Positions 26,998-40,735 of a DNA stretch of 64,000 nucleotides are shown here, one piece after another. Below the pieces are notes generated by a model. It worked only from the letters and a program-made list of their open reading frames with translations. It had not been told where the DNA came from and did not search any database. The translations under genes were made by a program, and so were the position numbers. The stretch is from Octopus sinensis (lineage: Eukaryota), in NCBI RefSeq assembly GCF_006345805.1, contig NC_043011.1, positions 52,030,464-52,094,463 of the forward strand, in the 5' to 3' direction. Every line of letters starts with the position of its first letter. The stretch's first letter is position 1.

Positions 26998-27227
26998 CCT
27001 AACAGAGTGGTCTACTGATGGCTAGCATGGAATATGAAACCAAAGACAACATTAATCAATCAACCAGAAGAGCACCTAAATATGTATAGAGAGAAACAGA
27101 CAGACAGAGATCTGCTAAAACCCCTAACTGACTGGTCTGCAGCTAGTTGGCACGGAACTTGAAAAGAAAGGCTTAGTAAGAAGAAAAAGGCGTCATAATC
27201 CGTTGCCATAGTGTTTACCAAATTCAC

Positions 27228-27350
27228 CTCCTCATTTGTCTGCTCTTGGTAGCGACCTGGTTTCTTGACAAGCAACGGATCCAGACAGAGCAGGAACACC
27301 ATGTAGACAAACAGCAATGATACCACGCATATTATGATGGTCACCATAAT
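27228..27350 (-). CDS. TMEM9: TMEM9 exon 4, transmembrane helix (IMVTIIICVVSLLFVYMVFLLCLDPLLVKKPGRYQEQTNEE)
   Basis: TTTTACAG acceptor, GTGAAT donor; a second in-frame donor lies 9 nt further (exon end 27219). YMxFLxxxDPL motif. Confidence 0.92.
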
Positions 27351-27422
27351 CTGTAAAACAAAACAGAGATTACATTGGTTAAAAACAACTGTTGATAAAT
27401 AAATTGTTCATGAACAAAATAG

Positions 27423-27810
27423 CATCATCATCATCATCGTTTAACGTCCGTTTTCCGAGCTAGCACGGGTTGGACGGTTCGACCGGGGTCTAGGAAGCCA
27501 GAAGGCTGCACCAGGCTCCAGTCTGATCTGGCAGAGTTTCTACAGCTGGATGCCCTTCCTAACGCCAACCACTCCGCGAGTGTAGTGGGTGCTTTTTACA
27601 TGCCACCTGCACAGGTGCCAGTAGGGTCTGGCATCGGCCACGATCGGTTGGTGCTTTTAACGTGCCACCGGCACGGAAGCCAGCCAAGGCAGCGCTGGCA
27701 TCGGCCACGTTCGGATGATGCTCTTTATGTGCCACTGGCACTGGAGCCAATCGAGGCAGTGCTGGCATCGGCCACGTTCGGATGGTGCCTTTTATGTGCC
27801 ACCGGCACAT
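27423..27810 (-). mobile_element. Family C retroposon (young)
   Basis: (CAT)n tail and internal subrepeats; close reverse complement of 29790-30128. Confidence 0.85.
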
Positions 27811-28532
27811 TGAAAGTGGAAAAGCAAAGAAAGAATCATTAAGGTGTTGGAGAAAATATGCTTCAACTGGTACAAAACCACACACCCACAACACTATTCC
27901 CCACTCCCAGTTGAGGGGTTTTTTGACTTGCAAAGCACTTGGTGACCTTGTGGTGCTGATGCCATGTAAAATGTACTGGTGCCACGTTAAAAGCACCCAG
28001 TACACTCTGTAAAGTGGTTGGAGTTAGGAAAGACATTCAGCTGCAGAAACTATGCGAAAAGAGACAATGGAGCCTGAGGCATCTCCTGTCAAACCATCCA
28101 ACCCATGCCAGCATAGAAAGCAGCCATGTGATGATGATGATGAAGACAATAAGTTAAGATGATGAAGACATATATGTCAATGTGCATGTATGTCTCATCA
28201 TCTGCATGTCTTCATATTGGCATTGTTTCAACAGCACTGACACTTATGTCTCCCATAAACAAAACATCCTTGTGTAAACTGCTGGATATAGTAACTTAGT
28301 TGAAAAACAAGGGCTAGCATCAGGAAGGACATCCAGCCATATAAACAGAGCCTCAAGAAGACTCATCCAACCTATTCAAACATCGAAAATGTGGACAACA
28401 TGTTTTAATAGTATGTTATCCCACCAGTGCTGCTGTTGCTATCGCTGCTACTACAACTGCTATTACTGCTACCACCACCAGTATTACCACCATCACCACT
28501 ACCACTAATGTAAATAATAAACCAGAGTTTAC

Positions 28533-28632
28533 CTTTATCAGAGTGACATTTCTACTCTGATACTTGCACTCACAGCGAGGACAGAATTCTGTGGCCTTCT
28601 CAGGTAGAGGCCAGACAACATCTTCACATTTG
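28533..28632 (-). CDS. TMEM9: TMEM9 exon 3 (CKCEDVVWPLPEKATEFCPRCECKYQSRNVTLIK)
   Basis: TTTTGCAG acceptor, GTAAAC donor. CxxCECxY motif. Phase 2/0. Confidence 0.93.
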
Positions 28633-29327
28633 CTGCAAAAGAAAAAACACAATAAAAGTCAATCTTTTGTTACATACTCAAGAATATCATCACAGCTATA
28701 ACAGCTTCTTCATCTAATTACACCACACACAAACATTATACTGTAATATACACATGTATTATATTAAAATTCTTTTTATTTTAGGCACAAGGCCTGAAGT
28801 CTTGAGGAAGGGGAGCTAGTCAGTTACCCCAGTGCTCAACTGGTACTTATTTTATCAACCCTGAAAGGATGAAAGCAAAATCTACCTTAGCGGAATTTGA
28901 ACTCAGAACATTAAGATGGACAAAATGCTTAGCAGCATTTCGTCCAGGGTGCTAATGATTCTGCCAGCTTGCCATTTTATGTGCATTATATTATAATAGC
29001 ACCAGTCATATAGCAAAGAAGCAACAACCTTGATACACAGTTATATTAATGTTAGACACACACTGTTATATCAGTCTCTTTCTCTCTCTCTCACACACAC
29101 ACACTGGACATACTAGTAAACCTAGTCTCACAAAGACACACACACACACTGTTATATCAGAGACACTACAATAACATAAACTTAGAAACCTATGTAAGTG
29201 ACTATATATAGTTAGAAAGTGACCCAACACAACACTCTCAGCTACAACATGATCAGTACAGTCAACCATTCGACCAACAACCACCCCCGTGACCAAACCA
29301 CTCTAGTGACCAACAGACAAAACTTAC

Positions 29328-29437
29328 CACTGGTTTGGGTTGACCTTCTTTATATAAACCTTGCGTCCAGTTTCTGTGGCATTGACAACAGTCTGTGATG
29401 GACAGACACACTTGCAACGGTAATCTTCATACTGGGC
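29328..29437 (-). CDS. TMEM9: TMEM9 exon 2 (AQYEDYRCKCVCPSQTVVNATETGRKVYIKKVNPNQ); absent from the ORF track
   Basis: CTACAG acceptor, GTAAGT donor. EDxRCKCxCP motif. Phase 0/2. Confidence 0.93.
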
Positions 29438-29789
29438 CTGTAGAACAAAAAAGAAGATAGAGGTTAAGTTTTACTATAAATCATGTCACAACAGCAATCA
29501 CACACTAGCCACAGCCTGAAGTATAAAGTCTTGCTTTCTTATGTTATTGTTTAACTGGAAAGACTGACTCACAATGGTAACCAAACACTCACCACAGGTT
29601 GAAGCATTTTCTTTCTATAAGAAATGTCTAACTTCATAAAAAGCTGAATTTGGCTTAATTTGTCTCAAGTTATGCTATGATGATGATTCCAAAGAAGAAT
29701 GAGATGACACTATACATGGCTACCAACAATTAGAAACTTTTAAGAAGTTTAGAATGTGTAGAAAAAAAAAAACTATATTAAATGTATAT

Positions 29790-30128
29790 GCCAGCGCCGC
29801 CCCGACTGGCTTCTGTGCCGGTGGCACATAAAAAGCACCATCCGAACGTGGCCGATGCCAGCACCGCCTTAACTGGCTTCCGTGCCGGTGGCACGTTAAA
29901 AGCTCCAACCGATCATGGCCGATGCCGGACCCCCCTGGCACCTGTGCAGGTGGCACGTAAAAAGCACCCACTACACTCGCAGAGTGGTTGGCGTTAGGAA
30001 GGGCATCCAGCCTTAGAAACACTGCCAGATCAGACTGGAGTATGGTGCAGCCCCTGGCTTCCCAGACCCCGGTCGAACCGTCCAACCCGTGCTAGCGCGG
30101 AAAACGGACGTTAAACGATGATGATGAT
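29790..30128 (+). mobile_element. Family C retroposon (young), inverted relative to 27423-27810
   Basis: Ends ...ggaaaacggacgttaaacgatgatgatg. Confidence 0.85.
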
Positions 30129-32442
30129 TCTATGTACACCTACTTTACTCTTTGAGGTAAATTCCAAACTTTCCTATATGCCTAAAATTAACTTAATCTA
30201 TAAGAGACTGTTACCTCTATAATAGCCAACTGCCAGGGGCACACAACATATATAGTTATATTTTCTCATGATATTGTTTGACTAATATTTCTGACATCTT
30301 AGACTCACAATCATGACTAGACACTCGCCACAGACTGACATATATAGTTCTCCTTTCACATGGTGTTGTTTTCTTGATGCGGTTTGATATCTATAACTAA
30401 ATGTCTGATTATAATAAGGTGGTGAGCTGGCAGAAATGTTAGTGTGCTAGACAAAATGTTTAGTGGCATTTCCTCCGTATTTATGTTCCGAGTTCAAATT
30501 CCACTTGGGTTGACTCTGCCTTTCATCCTTTCAGTGATAATAAAATAAGTTCCAGTTGAGCACAGAGGTCAATATAATCAACTTCCCTGAAATTGCTGGC
30601 CTTGTGCCAAAATTTGAAACCAATATGTCTAATTATAACATTTAGTTTTTACATCCTTTCAGATGATGCAAAAGTAGGGCCTAAAAACATGCACCAGGCA
30701 TCACAGTGAGGAATTGAGTATAAGAGAATGCAAAGACTCAGTGTTTGGCAATATAATGGTAGTGAAATAATGTTGGTTCCTAGTATAGGAAGGCCATATG
30801 TTTGGTGACTAGGTGGGTATTTCATTTGAGCGGCAAAGCTACCCCTGATGAAGAGAGCAAAGATTGAGCAGCAATGTTACCCCTGATGAAAATTTAGTGG
30901 CAAAGTTATCCCTGATGAATTCAAGCTAAGAACATGAAGACAACATAACTAAATTCTTCAAAGTATTTGGTTTAATGCTCCACTAATTATGTCATCTCTA
31001 CGATGATGATGATGGCAACAATAACCATGGTTGCAAATTCTAACACAAGGCCAGCAATTTTGAGTATACTGATCCCAGTATTCGAATGGTACTTCATTTT
31101 AATGACTGCTAGAGGAATAAAAAGCAAAGTTGATCTCAACAGGATTTGAACTCAAAACATGAAGAGTTGAAACAAAAGCCACAAAGCAATTTTTCCTATG
31201 CTCCAATGATTCTGTCAGCTTACTGTCCTTATGGTTTCTGATGTAGGGACAAAGTAGTCCAGCAATTCTGAGGGGAGGGAATTAGCTGACACCACTGACA
31301 CTGAATTGGACTGCTACTAGATTTTATCAGTCTTGGAAGAATGAAAGGTAAAGTTGACCTTGGTAGAACAAGAAATATGAAAAATTCCAAATATTCAGAA
31401 TACCAATCTTTCTATTTTCTTTTTCTCTCTTTCTGAGAAGGTATCATCTTGTGGTATTTTTATAAACAGGACTTAGGTCTTAAATCTCAGAAATGTCTAC
31501 TACTACTACTATATCCACTGTCATCCACAGAAATTCTCATAGATGGCTGTGTGAGACCACAGTATAGATTTGAAGTGTCTAGCTTCCTATAGATGGTGAT
31601 GATGATGATAGTAGTTATGATGATGATAATAATGACAGTGGTGGTGGTGGTGGTGATGATGGTGATGATGACAAACAGACTTAATCAATACTTTAAATCC
31701 TTTGAATAGGAACAAACTGATTAGATCAAAACAAAATTTACTGCTGCTGTTGACATTGGTTATTTAACCATTGGTCAGACATGATCCAGCAGATTTATGA
31801 TCAAAGGCTTTCCAACCATGACTATTTTTTTTTTTTTGCTTTTACTTTTTTTTAATCAAAGACTACATTGTTCAACATTCTTTTTCTTTATCAGACTATA
31901 GAGTGAAAATCAGAGAGAGACATTTCATTGCTATTTTTAGCAGGTCCAGCAGCAGCCTCATAGAAGCTTCCTCATTGGTTGTCATTTCTGTTGTTGATGG
32001 GAGAACAAAAAATAAAGAATCAGAGAGTACCTCCACCCCCACCCCTGTCACCACCACCTCCAATTTTCACTCCCTATTGATTCACATGCGACAGGTTGCA
32101 TCAGCAGCAGCAGCAGAAAGAATGACAGCACCAGGAGTGGGGCAGAGCAGTCGGCGGGGGGGGGGAGGGCATCTGATGCCACAAATGCAGAGAAATATAG
32201 TGGCAGTGGTGAAGACAGTGGGGCAGTTGTGACAGAGGGGTGGAGTGGAAGAATCCAGAGTAAGTGTGAGAGATGGAGGTGCGAGGAAAGGAGGGGAAGG
32301 AAGGAAGAAAGAAATAAAGAAAGAGAGAGAGGGTGGGAAGGAATAGATAAGAGAGCAAGAATAAATAATGATGAAAAGAAAGGAAAAAGAGAAAGAGAGG
32401 TGAGAGGGAAAGTGATGAGAAAAAGACAATAGTTGAAAAGAT

Positions 32443-33022
<580 letters not shown>

Positions 33023-34268
33023 TATATAACAGCCGAGAAGTTAAAGAAGGGTGGTGGAGGAAAGGGAATTAAAAAAAAATTTTTTTTTAGTCAATGGGGA
33101 CACTTTTACAGGGCCTGGAGACTGGTAGGAAGAAGATATCCTCAAACTAGAGATCTGCCTAAATGCTTGCAACAGAGTGGGGTCCATCCATTAAAGGAAC
33201 CCAAGGTTCCAGGTGGTGGTGGTGGTGATTGTGTTAAACTGGGTGATGCATAAAAAGGTACCAGTGTTGGTGATATCAAAAACACCCTGTACACTCTGTA
33301 GAGTGATTGGCATTAGAAAGGGCATCCAGCTATAGAAACTATGCCAAAACAGACAACTGGAGCCTGGTGCAGCTCTCCGGTTTACTAGTCCCAGTCAAAC
33401 CATCTAACCAGCATGGAAAAAGGATGTTAAAAGATGATGATGACGATGACAACTCCTTTAGACTATGACAAGATGGCTCTTTGAGCCAGAATTAAATACA
33501 GCAAAGCACATTCTTAAAGTTCCTCCAACCCACCACCCTTCACTGGTGCACTGTTTTATTGACCAGGCAGAGTCGACCTCAGCCGGATTTGATCTAAGAA
33601 CCGAGAGAGTCAGAGCAATTACCAGGAGGCATTGTATCTGATGTTCTGATAAATGCAAATTCACAACCTGGAGAATAAATAATGAGGTAAAGAAAGGGGA
33701 AGTAAAGTGTTTGCAGGGGATGGAGACTGAGAAAGAAGTGTGTGGGAGACGGAGAAAGAGAGAGACAGAGAGAGGGGGTTGTAGAGAAATGAAAGAGAGA
33801 GTATAATAGACAAAAGAAAGGAGAAAAGAGTGAGGGGAGAGATAGATGAGACTATCTAAATGTAAATCACAAGTTAATCTCATTGAAATTGAGAGATGAA
33901 TTGGTAGGGGAGATGAGTGAATGAGGAGAAATAGTGAGCCAGCAGAGAGAATTGGTGCAGAGAATAGAGGGATGATGACAGGGAGAACATGATGAGAGAG
34001 AGAGAGAGAGAATAAGAAAAACACTAGAATGGAAGAAAAGAGAAAAGCTAGAAAATGAGGAATTAATGATGTGTGATAGAATAGAGACACAGAGATAGAG
34101 AGGATAGAAGAAAGCAATGCTGGTTCTATCCAGTTTGATGTCAACAAGTAGAAATATTGGGAAAACAGTCAGTGCTGTGACAGGACATTAATTAAACTGT
34201 CACATACAGATAGTAGCAAAACAGTACCACTGCTATGGCTGTATATATACATATAATTGATATAATAT

Positions 34269-34299
<31 letters not shown>

Positions 34300-34301
<2 letters not shown>

Positions 34302-34346
34302 TTTTCAGAGCCTTGGATTTTTATCTCATTCTGTTAATTTTATATA

Positions 34347-34398
<52 letters not shown>

Positions 34399-34515
34399 TA
34401 TATAAAATTAACAGAATGAGATAAAAATCCAAGGCTCTGAAAAATTTCAGAACATTTATAAAGAGGTCTTACAGCTGTTTCCTGGATTTTTTATGTATCC
34501 CTTCATCAAAGATGG
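34300..34515 (-). mobile_element. Penelope-like terminal remnant: 146-bp perfect palindrome plus hammerhead-like motif
   Basis: 34300-34445 is self-complementary around (TA)24. The minus strand at 34512-34467 reads TCT-TTGATGA-agGGAT...ATCCag-GAAA-CAGCTG-TA-AGA. Confidence 0.6.
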
Positions 34516-35154
34516 TGCAAGAAAAGGGTTAAGCAATAGTTATTCTAGAGAAGGTATGAAACAGAGAGTCAAGTGGAGGAATGAAAACAGATGTGAGATA
34601 TGCAGGGATATTATATTTGCAGTTCCATTATTTAAGCAGAATGGTATACATATAAGAATGGCCAATTTTAAATACTATTGGAACTTATACACAAGGCACA
34701 GGAAACTTATCAAACCACCCAACCAATGATAGTATGAAACAAAAAATAGATGCTAAATTATGATGATGATGATCATGATATATACATACACACACTACAT
34801 ATATATATCACGCTTTCTCTGAAGACTTTGTGACCTCCAAGACGAAACACCCAGCATCAAGTGGACTATTATCAACAGGGCACCACCATATTCACCCGCC
34901 ACCCCTAGTACCATCTGCACCAAGGTCACTGTCACAAATTAACATGAACAGCACTACAAATCACCAATCCCCAACACTTCTGCATGCCTGTCTACTTGCA
35001 TACTCTCACCCCTTGGGTATGACCATGTGAGCATACATGTGCACACATGCATGCCCATGTACAGGTGCACCCACACATGTGTGTGTGTATATGTGTGTGC
35101 ACATGTGTACCTTCAATTGTGCATGTCTGTGTGTGTGCAGATTCATACCTATAG

Positions 35155-35425
35155 CCTCGTCTGGCACCTGTGTCGGTGGCACATAAAAAACACCATCCGA
35201 GCGTGGCCGTTTGCCAGCCTCGTCTGGCACCTGTGTCGGTGGCACATAAAATCACCCACTACACTCTCGGAGTGGTTGGCGTTAGGAAGGGCATCCAGCT
35301 GTAGAAACACTGCCAGATCTGACTGGACTGGTGCAGCTTTCAGGCTCCCCAGACCCCAGTTGAACCGTCCAACCCATGCTAGCATGGAAAGCGGACGTTA
35401 AATGATGATGATGATGATGATGATG
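35155..35425 (+). mobile_element. Family C retroposon
   Basis: Same body and (GAT)n tail. Confidence 0.8.
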
Positions 35426-35456
<31 letters not shown>

Positions 35457-35724
35457 GGTATGTTGATGCAAACAGGAAAAATAGCTGTGTAAGGCCAGAA
35501 CAATGCAAAGTAAACTACAAAGGGAAAAGAAAGCAGGACAAAGTTTCAGTTTTACTTTGTATTTCTATATTTCAGGGTGAAGACCCCTTCTTCAGGTCAT
35601 TTAGAAAAGGTTGTTGTGTCTCTGTGCCCTTGCCCATCGGAACAACAACCTTTTCCAACTGCCACTTGAATTTAAAATCAGTTATACTTCAAAATGCTTC
35701 ACCAAAAGTACCTCATTATATATA

Positions 35725-35925
35725 TATATAGTTAATCCAAACATGAAAGCACAAAAAACAAACACAACGCGAGGACGAGGACGTGGAACAAATATAGTAT
35801 TATTGGACACTCAGGAAAGAAGGAGGGTTTAACGTTTTGAGCGGAGCTCTTCGTCGGAAACATAGGAGAAGGGAAGACAGAGGAAAAAAATCGCCAATGG
35901 TACACACGCGGTCAAATTTTAGAAA
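35725..35925 (-). mobile_element. Second copy of the hammerhead-bearing repeat seen at 16935-17075
   Basis: The reverse complement shares gaagagctccgctc.aaacgttaaa.cctcct...catgtttggattaactatata and ends in (TA)n. Confidence 0.7.
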
Positions 35926-36499
35926 TAACAATAGAGGATCAATTTTCAAATACAGCTATTTTACTATTTTTGCATGAAAAATAGCTTAGGTGGGCCATGC
36001 CATCCCCATTCACTTCATCACAATGCATGGTAACAAATGTTTCATAGATCTACAGGGGGAGCTACAGCTGCTAGTTTAACCTGCAGGAAACACCATTCAA
36101 ATCTCAAAAAAAAAATTGCACATTAGTATCTAGAAAAAGACTACGTTATGCAACACGATGTAATCTACAATATGCTAAGTTTGAATAAAAGACAGTATGG
36201 CCAGAGCAAAAACATCTTTCCTCAGTGCTTGACAATAGGAAAACTAAGCCAAAACTGATTTTTTTGTGGAAGGATAAAAGTTACAAGCTTCATAAAGAGA
36301 AATATATGATTATCACCTACATTGTTATAGAACCAATGAGGAAACTTCAACATGATAAATCTACAGGCTTGAAAATGCAGCCAAATCTCAGACACATTGA
36401 TCAATGTAATTCTGGATACAATATACTTATTTAAAAAAATTGCCAAAGACTATCATGACAAAAATGGATTTATTCTATCAGTAAGGGTGTGATTTGAAC

Positions 36500-37145
36500 T
36501 ATCAAGGTTGGCTGAAAAGTTTACAGGATGTCTATGAAGGAGTAATACTGGAGTTGTGAAATCTTATATGCATTCATTTCAATGCTTCTTATTAATAATG
36601 CATTGTTTATTTCCAGGTCAACTGACATCTGACTCTTCATAGACTTAGTAACTAGTAGCAACTTTTCTTAAAAATAGACAATATTTGGCAACATGGTGTT
36701 ATCAATACCTGGAGAAGAAGGGTTTAGCTCCCAAGGACATTCATTCTGATATGTTTGCTGTATTAAAGGATGACACTCCAGCTTTAATAACAGTGCAAAT
36801 GTGGGCAGCTGGATTTAGGAGGGGGAAGGGAGAGTCTTGAAGATGCCCCAAGGTCTGGATGTCCTGCAACTGCCACCACTGAGGAAAACATTGATCATAT
36901 TCACCACATGTTGATGGATGACAAGTGATTGACAATAAATCAAATAGCCAATGCTATTAGCATATCTTGTGAGGGAGTTGAGAATATTCTGCACAATGAG
37001 CTTGGCATGATAAAGGTTTCTGCCCCGTGGGTGCCACATCTTCTGACACCTGATCAAAAGTGCACCAGGCTGATCACATAACAAGAAAATCTGATATTGT
37101 TTGAGGCAACTGGTTTCCTTGAAGGTTTATAAACCCAGGACGAGT
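36500..37145 (+). mobile_element. Decayed mariner transposase, N-terminal HTH part
   Basis: Hand translation gives EDAPRSGCPATATTEENI and KVSAPWVPHLLTPDQK (WVPHEL-type motif), interrupted by stops and frameshifts. Confidence 0.85.
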
Positions 37146-38574
37146 GTTTAAAAGCAATCACACAGAAATTTCCAATTAAGAGGAAGTCGGAACATGGTAA
37201 TTTTGTTTACTAAAAATAGCAGTAAAATCTCTCACACATCACACTCTTACTGCCTTAAATATGGAAAAGACATTAAACAATGTATTCTTACATAGCCTAA
37301 AACTTAGACTGGGTTGGTCACATCTGGAATCAATGCTTTTGATTATGTTTTCATGTCAGGGGTTGATCATTTCAATTTAGACCATCTTCTCATTTGGTGG
37401 AGGTTTCAAACAAGTTGGGCCTTCACCTAAAGCTTCCCTCAATGATTGATAGGGTGCACAGTCATGAAAGACAAGCTGTACATTCCCAACAAAATGATTC
37501 CATGGGCCAAAGTCAATTCTCCCAGTGTAGTTATTCTATTTATTGCACAAATGCTTTTAAGAAAGAAATTAACATAAACTTCATTTTCCTAGCCTATGAA
37601 GTCAATAGGTCTCTGTTGATGACTATTTCTCAAACAGTTGGCAACAGCACTAGTGTATGAGAATGATAGAAAACCCCCTTCATCATTGGTTGACACCTTT
37701 CATTCACAATGCCCTCCATACACCAGCATTTAAAAATGCTTTTATTTTACACAATATAAACATCCAACTGCTGTTAAATGAAGAGTTGGATGAAATTAAT
37801 AGAAATTAATGCAAAGAATACATAATATTGGGAACAGGTATAGCTATATGGTAAAGAAGTATACTTCACCATTATACTGTGCAGTTTAAGTAATCTAAAA
37901 CAGGCAACCATGTCAGCTCATCAATGTACAAGTTACTATTGTTGTTGTTTAGCCTAAGAGCAGGCTTAGACTGAGCATACCCATGATCAAAGACACTCCA
38001 GCTATGCCCATCTCATTCTTCTCTTGGATATGAGACAGCATTGTGCAATGTGTCCCTCTCTTTTCAAGACAGTAGGGTATAATTAGAGGGAGACTTAGCA
38101 GTTATCTCTATCTAGTAGGAATGCCTGCCAAAACTACATAGAAACTCTATCATTTATTCATTAAATATGCTTCCACATTCTCTATAGAGAAATTCCTTAA
38201 TGCTGAACAGTTCCACTTATTGATGCCTCTAATTCAATACATCAATATACAGTACTACTACTTATAAATATTGTTCCTAAGCTTCATATGAACATTATAA
38301 TTACATAGGATTATCAATGGCATTCCAGCCATGACCATCTAGTATTTTTTTGATCTGGGACAACAGATTCTCTAACGTATTTTCTGGGAGGTCTTTTTAT
38401 GCATTCATAGTTAGCAGGGTGTGATTTTAATGAGATTCTGTTGCAATTGCTGCCATATATTTTATCCATCACATCCACTCATCCAGATAGTAGTTCTTAG
38501 TATGATTTACAACTCTTTCAGATCAGGACTGACCTGGGGCTAAACAATAACAGCATAACTGATATATGCTTATT

Positions 38575-38576
<2 letters not shown>

Positions 38577-38667
<91 letters not shown>

Positions 38668-38676
38668 GAGATAGAG

Positions 38677-38710
<34 letters not shown>
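38577..38710. repeat. (CA)(TA)(GATA)(GA) compound microsatellite
   Basis: Direct inspection. Confidence 0.9.
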
Positions 38711-38711
<1 letters not shown>

Positions 38712-40735
38712 TTCTTTTGACCAAACATCAAACAATTATATAAGAGATGTTAGATGAGACTGATTCTGGTTTCCAGACCAATAGAGAAATTTATTCTTTG
38801 TGAAATCGACTCAGATATGATTGTTATATCTAACAAGTCAAACGACCGCATAGGCTTGACTGTCGGTATGTATTTTATTTGGAGCCCCTGAGATTGTAGT
38901 CTGAACTAACAAGAATAACCTAAGGAAACCAGAGATTGTAATGTATCCAATTTTATTATAGCTTCCATGTAGTATTGTACTATAACTATTCATCCTGTCC
39001 CTTTCTCTTATTCTAAACATGTTATCTAGCCCCGGTCAACTCTGTCCAAGCATATGGGTGGGTACGCATCCACTGATAGGATCCGTAGACAAGACAAGGT
39101 GTGATGATTGCGATTCAGTCAATTTTTTTGGGGGAAAAAAACCTTTAGAATCGGACGAGAAATTTACAAATTTCTCTTCGATCGGATTTTATGTATACAA
39201 AATACACATAAATGTTATCAGAAGAAAAAATAGTTCGTAAACATAATTTATAGTTTAATAAACAAATTGTTTTGTTTTTTTTTTCTTTTAATTTAGTAGC
39301 TAAATTATTTTATTCCATCAATTTAAAGAATACGGTTACATAAACAGATCGGGGTATAATTTTATCTGTAATTTACATCAGATGAATTCATCCAAATCAC
39401 TTGATAAGTAATTGTTTACATGCCACACAATATTCTTTCCTAGTTAACAGTTAAATCTTATTAGGTATAGTTCACATATAAACACATGCTGATTGTCCTG
39501 TCCGTAACAAGAGAAAAACAATTTGGAAAGTGACACTAAATATTTTAGATTTTTAATGTACTTTAGCTGTCTTTAATTATCAACCTTTCTTAAATCATTA
39601 TTTTTTTATTATATTAGTTAAGAAAAATTAAAAAAAAAAAAAAAGATCGAATTTTCGTGCCAGTGTACTTGTTAACATTAACCTTTATTAATTTTATTGT
39701 CCACCAAGATTTTATTTTAGAGCAGTATATTTGAATGTATACAATTCCTTTCAACCAACACAAACCCCGTGATTTACAAGAGGAAAGGCTATTTTAGTCA
39801 TATAGAGCCTGATTGATTACCTCCCCATGATTCTTTTGGAAACCCTTTAAGTTGTTAAGCACCGACATATTATTAATTTAAAATTTTGGCACAATTTCGG
39901 GGGGCAGAGGGTACGTCGATTACATTGACCCCAGTGCTCAACTGGTGCTTGTTTTATCGACACCCTGAAAAGAGCACCGACATGTTATTAAAAGTTGTTC
40001 TTGCTACAGCTTCTACATTCTCCAATCCATCTTTCCCTTTTTTTCCCCCTTAAAAAGAATAGGGTGTCGTTTAAAGAATTTGGTTGCTATTTTTCACATG
40101 TCAAAGGATTTGCGGAACCCCACTTTCTTGTTCGCTCGATAAATTCTTATGGTTTCAGACAGAAGGATTCTGAATATTTTCGTATTCTGACATAACAATC
40201 TGTTATTGTTGTGCGTTTGATTAATTTTTGCTTTGTTTTGTTACCAGATAAAACCTAATTACAGTTAAAGTTGAGAAAAGGGTAAACAAAGATTTCTTTG
40301 CCAGGAAAGCAGTACAAGCCAATCCATTGTTGTGGTGCACCTGAGCACTGTATACAATTAATTTCATTATTATTTTATATAGATTTAGTGTTCGATGTCG
40401 TGATGATGTAAGAATTATAAATAAGGTTTAAATACGGTTTATATACTTTTGATGTATGTTTAAAAAAAAAAAGAAATAAAGAGTAAATGAATGATAGATT
40501 CTACAGAATTAGAGACTGGGCCAATAAAATACTTGCATATAAAAATAGTCTGCAGCAAGATTTGGGTTCCAAATTTTATTAAATCTATGTCAGACGACAC
40601 TTTGCCAGATCGCTACAAGTGTCGTCTGACATTGATATCAGATGAAATAATTCACGGCTAAAAACAGTCAAGTAATTATTATTCAGTACAAATTGAAGAA
40701 CAATTAAAGAATGAAACAAATAAATATCAACTTAC

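Noticed and set aside
26487-27018. YI/HT-repeat ORFs
   Set aside because: Translations of (TA/CA)n microsatellites.
33458-34147. 229-aa hydrophobic ORF
   Set aside because: Antisense reading of a GA-rich low-complexity tract plus a SINE piece.
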